Shown piece after piece: positions 10,568-20,594 of a stretch of DNA of 64,000 nt. Source of the DNA: Bacteroidia bacterium (lineage in GTDB: Bacteria; Bacteroidota; Bacteroidia; NS11-12g; UBA9320); the NCBI GenBank assembly GCA_965216465.1, contig CBDCFW010000004.1:192001-256000 (forward strand), given 5' to 3'. The position numbers and the translations under genes are program-made. Position 1 is the stretch's first letter. The number at the start of each line of letters is the position of its first letter. The notes under the pieces were generated by a model. That model had not been told where the DNA came from and made no database searches. It was given only the letters and a program-made list of their open reading frames with translations.

Positions 10568-10755
10568 TTTATAACGCCCAAAGATAGGTTGGCATCGATG
10601 GGGTAATTCGCTCTATCGACCAAAGGTATTTATTTTCGATAACAAGCAATAATTCTCCGTTTTCAAGACCATACAAACTTATATCTTGACTTCGCCTTTT
10701 GAATATATTATTTTTGCAGCCTTTTTTAGTATACAAAAGAACATCATTCCCATAA

Positions 10756-11805
10756 ATGAAATTATCAGAATTCCACTTCGAACTTGACAAATCCAGAATA
10801 GCATCTACACCACCTTATAATCGTGATGAGTGTAAGCTAATGGTTGTAGATAAAGCAACAAAAACCATTGAACACAAGATGTTTAAAGACATTCTAGATG
10901 AGTTTGATGAAGGAGATGTTATGGTGTTGAACAACGCTAAGGTTTTCCCTGCAAGACTTTACGGTAATAAAGAGAAAACAGGTGCTAAAATTGAAGTGTT
11001 TTTACTTCGTGAGCTTAACAAAGAATTACGTCTCTGGGACGTTTTAGTTGATCCAGCAAGAAAGATTCGTGTTGGAAATAAATTATTCTTTGGCGAAGAT
11101 GAGTTGGTAGCAGAGGTTATCGATAACACGACTTCTAGAGGAAGAACGATTAGATTTTTATTCGACGGAACAGACGAAGAATTTAAAAGCGTAGTTCACA
11201 AATTGGGTCACACTCCAATTCCTAAATACTTAGATCGTGAAGCGACTAAAGAAGATGAAGAAATGTACCAAACCATTTTTGCTGAAGTGGATGGAGCAAT
11301 TGCTCCGCCTGCTGCAGGTCTTCATTTCACGCGAGCTTTAATGATGCGTTTAGAAATTAAAGGTGTTGATTTTGCTAAGGTGAACCTAAACATTGGGCTC
11401 GGAGCATTTAGACCTGTAGAGGTTGAAGATCTTACAAAGCACAAAATGGATTCTGAGCATTTTGTAATCGATCAAGAAGCTGCTGACATCGTAAATAAAG
11501 CAAAAGAAAATAAAAAGAAAGTATGTGCAGTTGGTTCGAGCGTAATGCGTGCACTTGAAAGCTCTGTATCTGCATTTGGAAAACTTAACCCGGATGACAA
11601 TTGGACAGATAAATTTATCTTCCCTCCATACGAACCTCGTATTGCGAATTGTTATTTGACAAACTTCCACCAACCGCAGTCAACACTAATGATGCTTACT
11701 TCTGCATACTTAGATGACCACAAGTTGGCAATGGAAGTATACGAAACTGCTGTTAAGGAAGGTTATAACTTCCTATGCTATGGTGATGCTTTATTAATAA
11801 AGTAA
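10756..11805 (+). CDS. queA: S-adenosylmethionine:tRNA ribosyltransferase-isomerase (divergent at several motifs)
   Basis: [32 protein letters not shown]. Confidence 0.88.
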   Translation: MKLSEFHFELDKSRIASTPPYNRDECKLMVVDKATKTIEHKMFKDILDEFDEGDVMVLNNAKVFPARLYGNKEKTGAKIEVFLLRELNKELRLWDVLVDPARKIRVGNKLFFGEDELVAEVIDNTTSRGRTIRFLFDGTDEEFKSVVHKLGHTPIPKYLDREATKEDEEMYQTIFAEVDGAIAPPAAGLHFTRALMMRLEIKGVDFAKVNLNIGLGAFRPVEVEDLTKHKMDSEHFVIDQEAADIVNKAKENKKKVCAVGSSVMRALESSVSAFGKLNPDDNWTDKFIFPPYEPRIANCYLTNFHQPQSTLMMLTSAYLDDHKLAMEVYETAVKEGYNFLCYGDALLIK

Positions 11806-11821
11806 AAACCGACGAATTAAT

Positions 11822-12457
11822 TTGGAAACGATATTTATCATATTACTAGCTGTTCTGGCCTATTTAATTGGTTCCATTCCGAGTAGTGTTTGGATTGGAA
11901 AAGCCTATGCCGGTATCGACGTTCGCGATTTTGGAAGTGGGAACGCCGGTGCTACCAATACGTTTAGAGTGTTAGGTAAAGAAATTGGTACTATTGTTCT
12001 ATTTCTTGATGTGATAAAAGGTGTTACCGCTGCAAGTCTTGTTCATTACCTAAATTTTGTTGAACAAGGGACTTTGCAGTTTATAAATCTTCAGCTTTTG
12101 TTCGGAATATTGGCAGTTGTAGGTCATATTTTTCCAATTTTTGAAAATTTTAAAGGAGGAAAAGGAATTGCTACCCTACTTGGTATGTTAATCGGAATCC
12201 ACTATGGCCTAGCACTTTCGTGCTTAGGACTGTTTATTTTGATTTTGTTATTGACAAGATATGTGTCTTTAAGTTCAATTTTGGCCGTAACATCTTTCCC
12301 GATATTAGCTATTTTTGTGTTCCATAGAGAAGAACCATTGCTCATTGCCTTTGGAATCGCCGCAACTATCTTGGTTGTATTGACTCATAAAAAGAATATT
12401 ACCAGATTGATTAACGGAGAAGAAAGCAAAGCTAATTTATTTAAAGCTAAACAATGA
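11822..12457 (+). CDS. plsY: Glycerol-3-phosphate acyltransferase PlsY
   Basis: GSIP, GSGNAGATN, GHIFP, FKGGKGIAT, HKKNITRL. Confidence 0.95.
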   Translation: METIFIILLAVLAYLIGSIPSSVWIGKAYAGIDVRDFGSGNAGATNTFRVLGKEIGTIVLFLDVIKGVTAASLVHYLNFVEQGTLQFINLQLLFGILAVVGHIFPIFENFKGGKGIATLLGMLIGIHYGLALSCLGLFILILLLTRYVSLSSILAVTSFPILAIFVFHREEPLLIAFGIAATILVVLTHKKNITRLINGEESKANLFKAKQ

Positions 12458-12741
12458 TTTTCGCCAATTATACAGAAGAAAGTGCCGATTTAGATGTTCT
12501 AGAAGCGGTTGATACAGGATATACAATTATGCTGTATAATGACGAACACAATACTTTCGATCATGTTATAGATTGCTTGATGAAATACTGTAAGCACACG
12601 CTTGAACAGGCAGAACAATGTTCACTTATCGTTCACTATAAAGGAAAGTGTGCGGTTAAAAGTGGATCTGCAGAAAGGCTCACACCAGTATGCAACGCGC
12701 TTACTAGAAAAGGGCTTAGCGCGACGATAGAGAAGTCTTAG
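12454..12741 (+). CDS. clpS: Clp protease adaptor ClpS
   Basis: [28 protein letters not shown]. Confidence 0.9.
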   Translation: MIFANYTEESADLDVLEAVDTGYTIMLYNDEHNTFDHVIDCLMKYCKHTLEQAEQCSLIVHYKGKCAVKSGSAERLTPVCNALTRKGLSATIEKS

Positions 12742-13556
12742 TATTGCTCCTGCTCGTTCGGGAAATCTCTAGATTTTACATCTTTTATATAGTCTCCAAC
12801 CGCATTTTTAATGTCATCATAAAGGTTAAGATACCTTCTTAAGAATCGAGGAGAAAACTCTTTTGTTACACCAAGCATGTCGTGAAGAACCAGCACTTGT
12901 CCGTCAACATCGTTACCAGCACCAATTCCAATCACAGGAATATTTACAGACTCTGCAACTTCCTTAGCCAACTTAGCTGGAATTTTTTCAAGAACGATCG
13001 CAAAGCAGCCTGCTTCTTCAAGTAAAAGAGCATCGGCTTTTAATTTGTTTGCCTCTTCCTCTTCTTTAGCTCGAACCGTATAGGTGCCAAATTTATAGAT
13101 GCTTTGTGGTGTCAATCCAAGATGACCCATAACAGGAATACCTGCAGAGAGTATTCTTTTTACAGACTCAATAACCTCTGAGCCTCCTTCTAGTTTTACA
13201 GAATGTGCTCCACTCTCTTTCATAATTCGAATGGCACTTCGAAGTGCTTCGCTACTATTTCCTTGGTAGCTACCGAAAGGAAGGTCAACAACAACCAGCG
13301 CACGATCAACAGCTTTGAGCACAGATTGTGCATGGTAGATCATGTGATCAAGCGTGATAGGCAAAGTTGATTCGTTTCCAGCCATAACATTAGATGCAGA
13401 ATCTCCAACCAAGATAGCATCGATTCCAGCATCGTCAATAATCTTAGCATAAGAATAATCGTATGCCGTAAGCATAGTGATTTTTTCGCCTCTTAGCTTC
13501 ATTTCTTGAAGCTGACGGGTAGTCATTTTTTTGATGTCATTCTTTGCAACACTCAT
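12738..13556 (-). CDS. panB: 3-methyl-2-oxobutanoate hydroxymethyltransferase
   Basis: [36 protein letters not shown]. Confidence 0.97.
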   Translation of the reverse strand: MSVAKNDIKKMTTRQLQEMKLRGEKITMLTAYDYSYAKIIDDAGIDAILVGDSASNVMAGNESTLPITLDHMIYHAQSVLKAVDRALVVVDLPFGSYQGNSSEALRSAIRIMKESGAHSVKLEGGSEVIESVKRILSAGIPVMGHLGLTPQSIYKFGTYTVRAKEEEEANKLKADALLLEEAGCFAIVLEKIPAKLAKEVAESVNIPVIGIGAGNDVDGQVLVLHDMLGVTKEFSPRFLRRYLNLYDDIKNAVGDYIKDVKSRDFPNEQEQY

Positions 13557-13559
13557 GAT

Positions 13560-14696
13560 TTAGTCTTTTAGGTCTAACATGTATTTTAAACGATCAATCT
13601 CACGCATTAACACCTCGTTGTCTTTCTTCAATCCAGCATTCTGGGCTTCCAATCTTGCCGCTTTTTGCGTGAGTTCTTTGTTCTCTACCTTTATATCTGC
13701 GAGAATATTTGAAAGGTTCAGAATCATATCACCGTTACTTGAATTTTCAATATCTTCTTTGAATGACTCCAAGTACTTCAATCGTTTATTGGCTATAGTT
13801 AAGGCGTTGGAAGCTGAGTCAAGCTTTAAGCTAAGCTCCTCGTTATCAATCTCAAGCTGGTTTGCTTTGCTTAATAAAGTAGTGTCGTAGTTTAACATTG
13901 ATTTACATTGATCAACTTCCTTTTGAAGTCTTTCAATTTCTGCTTGTTGCTGATCAATCTTGGTTCTGAATACCAAAATCACTTCTTGGAATGAAGGGTC
14001 TGCAAGACTGTTCCCTTTTGAAGTGTCAGACGGGTTGCCTGTTGCTAATCCAAAACCAGTTGCCTCTTGTTTAACCAAAATGTCAGATACTGTCATTTCT
14101 GATGCTCCATTGATGAAAAATCCAAAATTTCCATCAACAAATTGATTGTCAAAGGCTGAATAAACAAATTTGTTATTGATGTACAAATCGTAATATCCGT
14201 TTTCTACCTTGAGCATAATTTTGTTCTTCCCTTTTTTGCTGATGGCCGAAGATTTAACCCATCCATCACCCTTAGTAGATCCAGAAAGATAACGCATTTG
14301 TCCTTCATACATCTTGCTCACTTTGAACCGTTTTTTACCATTGATTTCAATAATAATTGCACCATTACCAATGGTTTGACCGTGTACAATTAATCCACCA
14401 GAAGCCATTTTGTTTTTTGTCTTAACCAGTTGAATGGTCGAGATTACTTCAAAAGATTCTAATGGCTTGTCAATTTTTGCATACGAAACAGAATGAGAAG
14501 ACTCACTTATTCTTTTCAATCGATATTGGTTGTTCTCAATTATGAACAATTCAAAAGCATTGTACTTCTGAGGGAACTGGTATCTGTTTTCCGAAAAATT
14601 GTCGATGAGTACCGTATCTTGAAATTTGGTAAAGACATTTTGCCCTTTTGTTAAAAGTGACAAACTTATTATTAAGCCAAATGCTATTATTCTCAT
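13560..14696 (-). CDS. Exported hypothetical protein: beta-rich N-domain plus long C-terminal coiled coil
   Basis: Signal peptide from ATG 14696 (MRIIAFGLIISLSLLTKG); heptad-rich last ~140 aa. Confidence 0.7.
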   Translation of the reverse strand: MRIIAFGLIISLSLLTKGQNVFTKFQDTVLIDNFSENRYQFPQKYNAFELFIIENNQYRLKRISESSHSVSYAKIDKPLESFEVISTIQLVKTKNKMASGGLIVHGQTIGNGAIIIEINGKKRFKVSKMYEGQMRYLSGSTKGDGWVKSSAISKKGKNKIMLKVENGYYDLYINNKFVYSAFDNQFVDGNFGFFINGASEMTVSDILVKQEATGFGLATGNPSDTSKGNSLADPSFQEVILVFRTKIDQQQAEIERLQKEVDQCKSMLNYDTTLLSKANQLEIDNEELSLKLDSASNALTIANKRLKYLESFKEDIENSSNGDMILNLSNILADIKVENKELTQKAARLEAQNAGLKKDNEVLMREIDRLKYMLDLKD

Positions 14697-14732
14697 TTTA
14701 TTTGTGAAAGTTTGCAAAGCTAAACTAAAAAT

Positions 14733-15773
14733 ATGCAAAAAACGATTTGGTTTTATATCGGAATATGGTTTGTTGGAATGATGTTCTCATCCTGTGAGAA
14801 TGAGTTGGATGTTGCTGCCGATTGGAAGGAAACAGCAGTCGTTTATGGCTTGTTAAATCCAACCGATGCAAAACAATATATCCGTATTCAACGAACCTAC
14901 CTGGATGAGAAACGCAATGCTCTATTATTCACGACCAATACCGATTCTTTGTACTACGATAGTTTAGAGGTTAAACTTGATGAATTTGTGAATGGAGCAT
15001 ACGAACAGAGTTATTTTCTGAAACGTGTTGATGGTTCTCAAGTTGGTCATTCAAAAGATTCCGGTGAATTTTCAACTCCAGGCCACTATTTGTACGAGTT
15101 GTCTGACCCTATATTGGCTTCAAATTTCTTGAATACTTACAGCTATACTTTAACAGTGACCAATCCTAGAACAGGATATTCGGTGAACTCAAACTCAGTA
15201 GCGGTTGGGCAGGCAGAAATTTCTTCCCCAGTAAATCCATTCGTTACAGAAATTAGGATTGCATCGACAGACAAACACACATTAGTTGCACGCTATAAAG
15301 AAGGAAAACATGTACGGTCATACGACATGGAAATGAGTATCTATGTAGAAGAAGTGAACAAAGAAGATACTTCAATTAGAGAAACTAAAGTAGTTCGATG
15401 GAAAATGATGACGGGAAATCGAACCACATCATTAGAAGGTTTTAACGAAGAAAGAAAATTGGTTTATAGTGCAGGTTTTTTTAATGCCATGGCCAGCCAA
15501 CTAAATGAAGACGAAGCTATTTATCGTCGCTTGTTGGGCTTTGATTTAAAGTTGTATGGAATTGCGAATGAGTTGTACACTTTTATTACGGTTAATGAAC
15601 CTTCTATAGGAATCGTTCAGAAAAAGCCAGAGTATACTAACGTGCAAAATGGTCTTGGCATTTTCTCTTCTCGCTACATTAATAAGTTCGAAAACGGCAC
15701 TTTTCATGCCGACACACGCTATCACTTACAACTGTCAGAAGCCACTAAAAATCTTGGATTTGTGCGCTATTAA
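14733..15773 (+). CDS. Lipoprotein, DUF4249-like
   Basis: Lipobox FSSC; VVYGLLN; C-terminal YTNVQNGLGIFSSR typical of the family. Confidence 0.7.
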   Translation: MQKTIWFYIGIWFVGMMFSSCENELDVAADWKETAVVYGLLNPTDAKQYIRIQRTYLDEKRNALLFTTNTDSLYYDSLEVKLDEFVNGAYEQSYFLKRVDGSQVGHSKDSGEFSTPGHYLYELSDPILASNFLNTYSYTLTVTNPRTGYSVNSNSVAVGQAEISSPVNPFVTEIRIASTDKHTLVARYKEGKHVRSYDMEMSIYVEEVNKEDTSIRETKVVRWKMMTGNRTTSLEGFNEERKLVYSAGFFNAMASQLNEDEAIYRRLLGFDLKLYGIANELYTFITVNEPSIGIVQKKPEYTNVQNGLGIFSSRYINKFENGTFHADTRYHLQLSEATKNLGFVRY

Positions 15774-15830
15774 TGTCGTTTTGTCATAAAAACAACGCCG
15801 AAAAACTGACAAATAAAGCTGCCACATAAA

Positions 15831-15845
15831 TGGCACTGAAGTTGT
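15831..15845 (+). promoter_or_regulatory. Putative sigma54 (-24/-12) promoter of dnaK
   Basis: TGGCAC-tgaag-TTGT vs consensus TGGCAC-N5-TTGC; no TAnnTTTG in this intergenic region. Confidence 0.55.
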
Positions 15846-15879
15846 TTACTCATCAATAAAAATAAATCGAATTTAAAAA

Positions 15880-17796
15880 ATGAGTAAAGTAATTGGAATT
15901 GATTTAGGAACCACCAACTCTTGCGTTTCTGTGATGGAAGGAAACGAGCCAGTTGTAATTCCAAACAGTGAAGGTAGACGAACTACACCATCTATTGTTG
16001 CTTTTATGGACAATGGAAATGGTGAAAGAAAGGTAGGTGATCCTGCAAAAAGACAAGCAATCACAAATCCTCAAAACACGATTAGTTCTGTAAAGCGATT
16101 TATGGGTACGCGTTTTAGCGAGGTTGCTGATGAAGCTGCTAAGATGCCATATAAAGTGGTTAAAGGAGATAACGATACTCCTCGAATTTTAATTGGCGAC
16201 AGACAATATACTCCACAGGAGATTTCGGCAATTACACTTCAAAAAATGAAGAAAACTGCTGAAGACTACCTAGGTACTGGTGTAGATAGAGCAGTTATTA
16301 CAGTTCCTGCATATTTTAACGATAGCCAAAGACAAGCAACTAAAGAAGCTGGTGAAATTGCTGGTTTAAAAGTAGAAAGAGTTGTAAACGAGCCAACAGC
16401 TGCTGCATTAGCTTATGGTTTAGATAAAAAAGACGTTGATCAAAAGATTGCTGTTTATGATTTAGGTGGAGGAACATTTGATATCTCGATTCTAGAACTA
16501 GGCGACGGTGTATTTGAAGTAAAGTCTACTAACGGTGATACGCACCTTGGAGGTGATGATTTTGATCGTGTGATTATGGACTGGTTAGCAGAAGAGTTTT
16601 TGGCTGACGAGAACATGGATCTTAGAAAAGACCCAATGGCTCTTCAACGTTTGAAAGAAGCTGCTGAAAAAGCAAAGATTGAGTTGTCAAGTTCAACACA
16701 AACTGAAATTAACTTGCCTTATATCACCGCTACAGATAGTGGGCCTAAACACCTAGTTCGTTCTTTGAGCAGAGCAAAATTTGAGCAATTAGCTGACGAT
16801 TTAATCCGCAGAAGCATGGAGCCTTGTAAGCAAGCCCTAAGTGATGCAGGTTATACCGCAAGCGATATTGATGAAGTTATTTTGGTTGGAGGTAGTACAC
16901 GTATCCCAAGAATTCAAGAAGAAGTAGAGAAGTTCTTTGGTAAAACTCCTTCAAAAGGTGTTAACCCAGATGAAGTTGTTGCAATTGGTGCAGCTATTCA
17001 AGGTGGGGTGTTAACTGGTGAGGTTAAGGATGTATTACTACTTGATGTAACTCCACTATCTCTAGGTATTGAAACTTTAGGAGGTGTGTTCACTACACTT
17101 ATCGAATCAAATACAACAATTCCTTCGAAGAAGTCACAGGTATTCTCAACAGCTGCAGATAATCAACCTTCTGTAGAGATTCATGTTCTTCAAGGGGAAC
17201 GTTCAATGGCAAAAGACAACAGAACTATTGGAAAATTCTTCCTTGATTCTATTCCGCCAGCAAGAAGAGGAGTTCCTCAAATTGAGGTTACTTTCGATAT
17301 CGATGCTAACGGTATTTTGAACGTAAGTGCAAAAGATAAAGGTACAGGTAAAGAGCAAAACATCAGAATTGAAGCAAGCTCTGGTCTAAGTGAAGACGAA
17401 ATCGAAAGAATGCGTAAAGAAGCAGAAGCAAATGCTGATGCTGATAAAGCAGAAAAAGAAAAAATCGATAAGTTAAACACTGCTGACAACCTTGTGTTTA
17501 CTACTGAAAAACAACTTGAAGAATACGGAGATAAAATTCCTGAGGATAAAAAATCTGCCATTGTTGCTGCTAAAGATGACTTGAAAAAAGCTCATGAAGC
17601 TCAAGATGTTGCAGGTATTGATGCCCATATGGAAACATTAAACAAAGCTTGGGAAGCTGCTTCTCAAGATATTTACAACGCTCAACAAGCTGAAGGCGAA
17701 GCTGCTCCAGGAGCTGATGCAAATGCAAATGCTGAAGCAGGAAATGGCGAAGAAGCTAAAGACGTTGAAGATGTAGACTTCGAAGAGGTAAAATAA
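15880..17796 (+). CDS. dnaK: Chaperone DnaK (Hsp70)
   Basis: [46 protein letters not shown] tail. Confidence 0.99.
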   Translation: MSKVIGIDLGTTNSCVSVMEGNEPVVIPNSEGRRTTPSIVAFMDNGNGERKVGDPAKRQAITNPQNTISSVKRFMGTRFSEVADEAAKMPYKVVKGDNDTPRILIGDRQYTPQEISAITLQKMKKTAEDYLGTGVDRAVITVPAYFNDSQRQATKEAGEIAGLKVERVVNEPTAAALAYGLDKKDVDQKIAVYDLGGGTFDISILELGDGVFEVKSTNGDTHLGGDDFDRVIMDWLAEEFLADENMDLRKDPMALQRLKEAAEKAKIELSSSTQTEINLPYITATDSGPKHLVRSLSRAKFEQLADDLIRRSMEPCKQALSDAGYTASDIDEVILVGGSTRIPRIQEEVEKFFGKTPSKGVNPDEVVAIGAAIQGGVLTGEVKDVLLLDVTPLSLGIETLGGVFTTLIESNTTIPSKKSQVFSTAADNQPSVEIHVLQGERSMAKDNRTIGKFFLDSIPPARRGVPQIEVTFDIDANGILNVSAKDKGTGKEQNIRIEASSGLSEDEIERMRKEAEANADADKAEKEKIDKLNTADNLVFTTEKQLEEYGDKIPEDKKSAIVAAKDDLKKAHEAQDVAGIDAHMETLNKAWEAASQDIYNAQQAEGEAAPGADANANAEAGNGEEAKDVEDVDFEEVK

Positions 17797-17816
17797 TATT
17801 TAGCATATTCAATTTG

Positions 17817-17855
17817 AATCCCGTTCCGATGAATTTCGAGAACGGGATTTTTTTT
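17817..17855 (+). terminator. Intrinsic terminator after dnaK
   Basis: aatcccgttc...gaacgggatt followed by a T run. Confidence 0.85.
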
Positions 17856-17892
17856 ATGCAACTTTTTTAACTTTGGACACATCTGCATACCA

Positions 17893-19134
17893 ATGAAAAA
17901 GATAAACATAATCTTAGTACTACTTCTTTTTGGTCTAGTTTCATCCGCTCAGACTAAAAAGGTATTGTTTGTTGGAAATAGCTACACCTATTTCAACGAT
18001 CTGCCTAACACACTCAAAGCTATAGCACTTGATGCCGGCGATTCGGTTGATGTGGCAACTCATACTGCTGGAGGTGCTCGAATAAGCCAACATGCCAACA
18101 GTGCAGAACTTTACGACAAGATTAGAACAACCGTGTGGGATTATGTTGTTATCCAATGTCAAAGCCAAGAACCCTCATTTCCTGATGGTCAAGTGGCTAC
18201 GCAAGTTTTTCCTCATGCTAAGCGCATATGCGATAGTATACGTGCAAACAACAGCTGTACTATCCCATTATTTTTTATGACGTGGGGCCGCAAGAACGGC
18301 GATGCTTCAAATTGCAGTGTATGGCCACCTATTTGCACTTATGAAGGTATGGACAGCATCTTACGTTCAAACTATATAAAAATGGGCTTGAACAATCAAG
18401 CGGAGGTGTGTCCCGTTGGTGTGGTTTGGAATACGTTAATCAATAATGGAACCGCAATAGAGTTATATAATCCTGACGAGTCTCATCCAGCCAGGGAAGG
18501 AACGGTTGCAGCCGCATATACCTTTTACGCGACGATTTTTAGAAAAAGTGCTCAGTCTTCGTCTTTTAAATACACCTTGCCTCAATATCAAATCGACTCG
18601 ATTCGAAATGCTGTTGATGCAGTTATGGAGGGGAATTGGGATACGTACAATATTGGTGTAAATGACCCAGATCCATCATTTACTCAAGCCATGAACAGTT
18701 GTACAGTATCGGTGCAAGCCAATAATGATTTTGACAATTATCATTGGGATTTTGGCGACGGTTTTGATACCATAGCAGGCAAGAACTATGTTCACCAATA
18801 TGCATCTTCTGGAACATATACCGTAAAGTTAAGTGTTTCAGAATGTTCGCAATCTTCTGTAGATAGTGTGGTTGTTGGTTGCGATCGAACAGTTGGAGTG
18901 AGCGCTATTCAAGAAGAAAATTTAAAGGTGTATCCAAATCCAACACAAGGGAAGGTAATACTGCCAAATGGTTGGCAATTACTAGAAATTACTACAAGTC
19001 TTGGTAGTGAAGTTCCCTTTGAACAAAGGAGTAGTAATGAGATTCAGATCATAGGAAATATGCCTCAAGTTCTGTATCTATTTTTACAGAATTCAAATGA
19101 CTCCATTGCTGTGAAGAAAGTACTAGTGCAATAG
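17893..19134 (+). CDS. Secreted SGNH-hydrolase (DUF4886-like) with PKD domain and T9SS C-terminal domain
   Basis: FVGNSYT and DESHP catalytic motifs; WDFGDG PKD; VYPNP CTD; signal peptide. Confidence 0.8.
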   Translation: MKKINIILVLLLFGLVSSAQTKKVLFVGNSYTYFNDLPNTLKAIALDAGDSVDVATHTAGGARISQHANSAELYDKIRTTVWDYVVIQCQSQEPSFPDGQVATQVFPHAKRICDSIRANNSCTIPLFFMTWGRKNGDASNCSVWPPICTYEGMDSILRSNYIKMGLNNQAEVCPVGVVWNTLINNGTAIELYNPDESHPAREGTVAAAYTFYATIFRKSAQSSSFKYTLPQYQIDSIRNAVDAVMEGNWDTYNIGVNDPDPSFTQAMNSCTVSVQANNDFDNYHWDFGDGFDTIAGKNYVHQYASSGTYTVKLSVSECSQSSVDSVVVGCDRTVGVSAIQEENLKVYPNPTQGKVILPNGWQLLEITTSLGSEVPFEQRSSNEIQIIGNMPQVLYLFLQNSNDSIAVKKVLVQ

Positions 19135-19181
19135 GGCACTAATGCAAAAATCTTCTAATTTTACAGCAAAATATTAGAATC

Positions 19182-20282
19182 TTGAAACTATCAGTACTCA
19201 AAGAAACCAATTCAGGTGAGACGAGAGTAGCCATTGTTCCTAAGTCGATTTCAAAACTACAAGGCTTAGGATTTGAGGTTATAGTCGAATCTAATGCAGG
19301 TTCAGAAGCAGCTTTTTCAAATGAAGACTATCAAAACGCTGGAGCAAGTATTGCGGCAAATGCTAAAGAAGCAATCGAATCAGCAGATGTCATCATAAAA
19401 GTTAATCCACCATCAGACAGTGACATTGAAAGCCTAAAACAAGGTCAGATTTGGATCTCTCAACTTTTTCATCGTCTAAATGAAGACCTTATGAAAAGAA
19501 TAGAGCAAAAAGGAGTTTCTGCATTCAGCCTCGATGCTATGCCTCGAATTAGTAGAGCTCAAAGCATGGACGTTCTCAGCTCCCAAAGTAACTTGTCAGG
19601 ATATAAATCAGTTATCTGTGGTGCTGACAACTTAGGAAAGATATTTCCAATGTTGATGACTGCCGCAGGTACAATAACTCCTTCTCGCGTACTAATCTTT
19701 GGAGTAGGGGTAGCCGGTCTTCAAGCCATAGCTACAGCCAAACGTTTGGGAGCAATTGTTGAAGCGACAGATGTTCGATTGGAATGTAAAGAACAAACGG
19801 AGTCGTTAGGGGCCAAGTTTATTACGGTAGAAGATGAAGGTGTAAAAACCGAAGGTGGATATGCAAAAGAAGTTACCGAAGAATATCTCGCTAAGCAAAA
19901 GGAGGCAGTAAATAAATCGCTTGCCCAGGCAGATTTGGTAATTACCACTGCCTTAGTACAAGGAGCAAAAGCACCGGTTTTGATTAGCCAAGAGCAAATT
20001 GAGATGATGAAAAACGGTTCAGTAATCGTAGACATGGCTGTTGCAAAAGGCGGAAACACTGCATTGAGCAAAGCAGATGAGACCGTTGAGCATAAGGGAG
20101 TTAAAATTGTTGGAGTGAGCAACTTCCCAGCACAAATACCAACTAATGCAAGCGAGTTGTTGAGTAGAAATATTGACACATTCTTAGCTCATTTGGTAGA
20201 AGAAGGAAGCTTCAAATGGGATATGGAAGATGAGATTACAACAGGAACATTAATAGTAAATCAAAACGCAGTTACTGCTTAA
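19182..20282 (+). CDS. pntA: NAD(P) transhydrogenase alpha subunit part 1
   Basis: ETRVA, PRISRAQSMDVLSS, GVGVAGLQA, EGGYAK. Confidence 0.95.
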   Translation: MKLSVLKETNSGETRVAIVPKSISKLQGLGFEVIVESNAGSEAAFSNEDYQNAGASIAANAKEAIESADVIIKVNPPSDSDIESLKQGQIWISQLFHRLNEDLMKRIEQKGVSAFSLDAMPRISRAQSMDVLSSQSNLSGYKSVICGADNLGKIFPMLMTAAGTITPSRVLIFGVGVAGLQAIATAKRLGAIVEATDVRLECKEQTESLGAKFITVEDEGVKTEGGYAKEVTEEYLAKQKEAVNKSLAQADLVITTALVQGAKAPVLISQEQIEMMKNGSVIVDMAVAKGGNTALSKADETVEHKGVKIVGVSNFPAQIPTNASELLSRNIDTFLAHLVEEGSFKWDMEDEITTGTLIVNQNAVTA

Positions 20283-20285
20283 AAT

Positions 20286-20594
20286 ATGAACGAATTTATT
20301 GAATTTTTTACCACCAATAAAGAGATGATATTTATTGTCATTCTGATGGTGTTTGTGGGAGTAGAAGTTATTGGAAATGTACCCGCCGTGCTTCACACGC
20401 CACTAATGTCGGGAGCAAATGCCATTCACGGTGTTGTAATCGTAGGGGCTATTATAGTAATGTTAAATGCCGAACCTGATAATATTTTAGCAATGTCACT
20501 CGGTTTTGTGGCCGTGTTTTTGGGAACCCTGAACGTTGTTGGGGGCTTTGTGGTTACTGATCGAATGTTGGAAATGTTTAAAAAGAAGAAGTAA
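20286..20594 (+). CDS. pntA: NAD(P) transhydrogenase alpha subunit part 2
   Basis: LHTPLMSGANAI, NVVGGFVVTDRMLEMF. Confidence 0.95.
   Translation: MNEFIEFFTTNKEMIFIVILMVFVGVEVIGNVPAVLHTPLMSGANAIHGVVIVGAIIVMLNAEPDNILAMSLGFVAVFLGTLNVVGGFVVTDRMLEMFKKKK

Noticed and set aside
19182-20594. Split pntA as a pseudogene or frameshift
   Set aside because: The alpha1/alpha2 split is a known natural architecture; both parts are intact with proper starts
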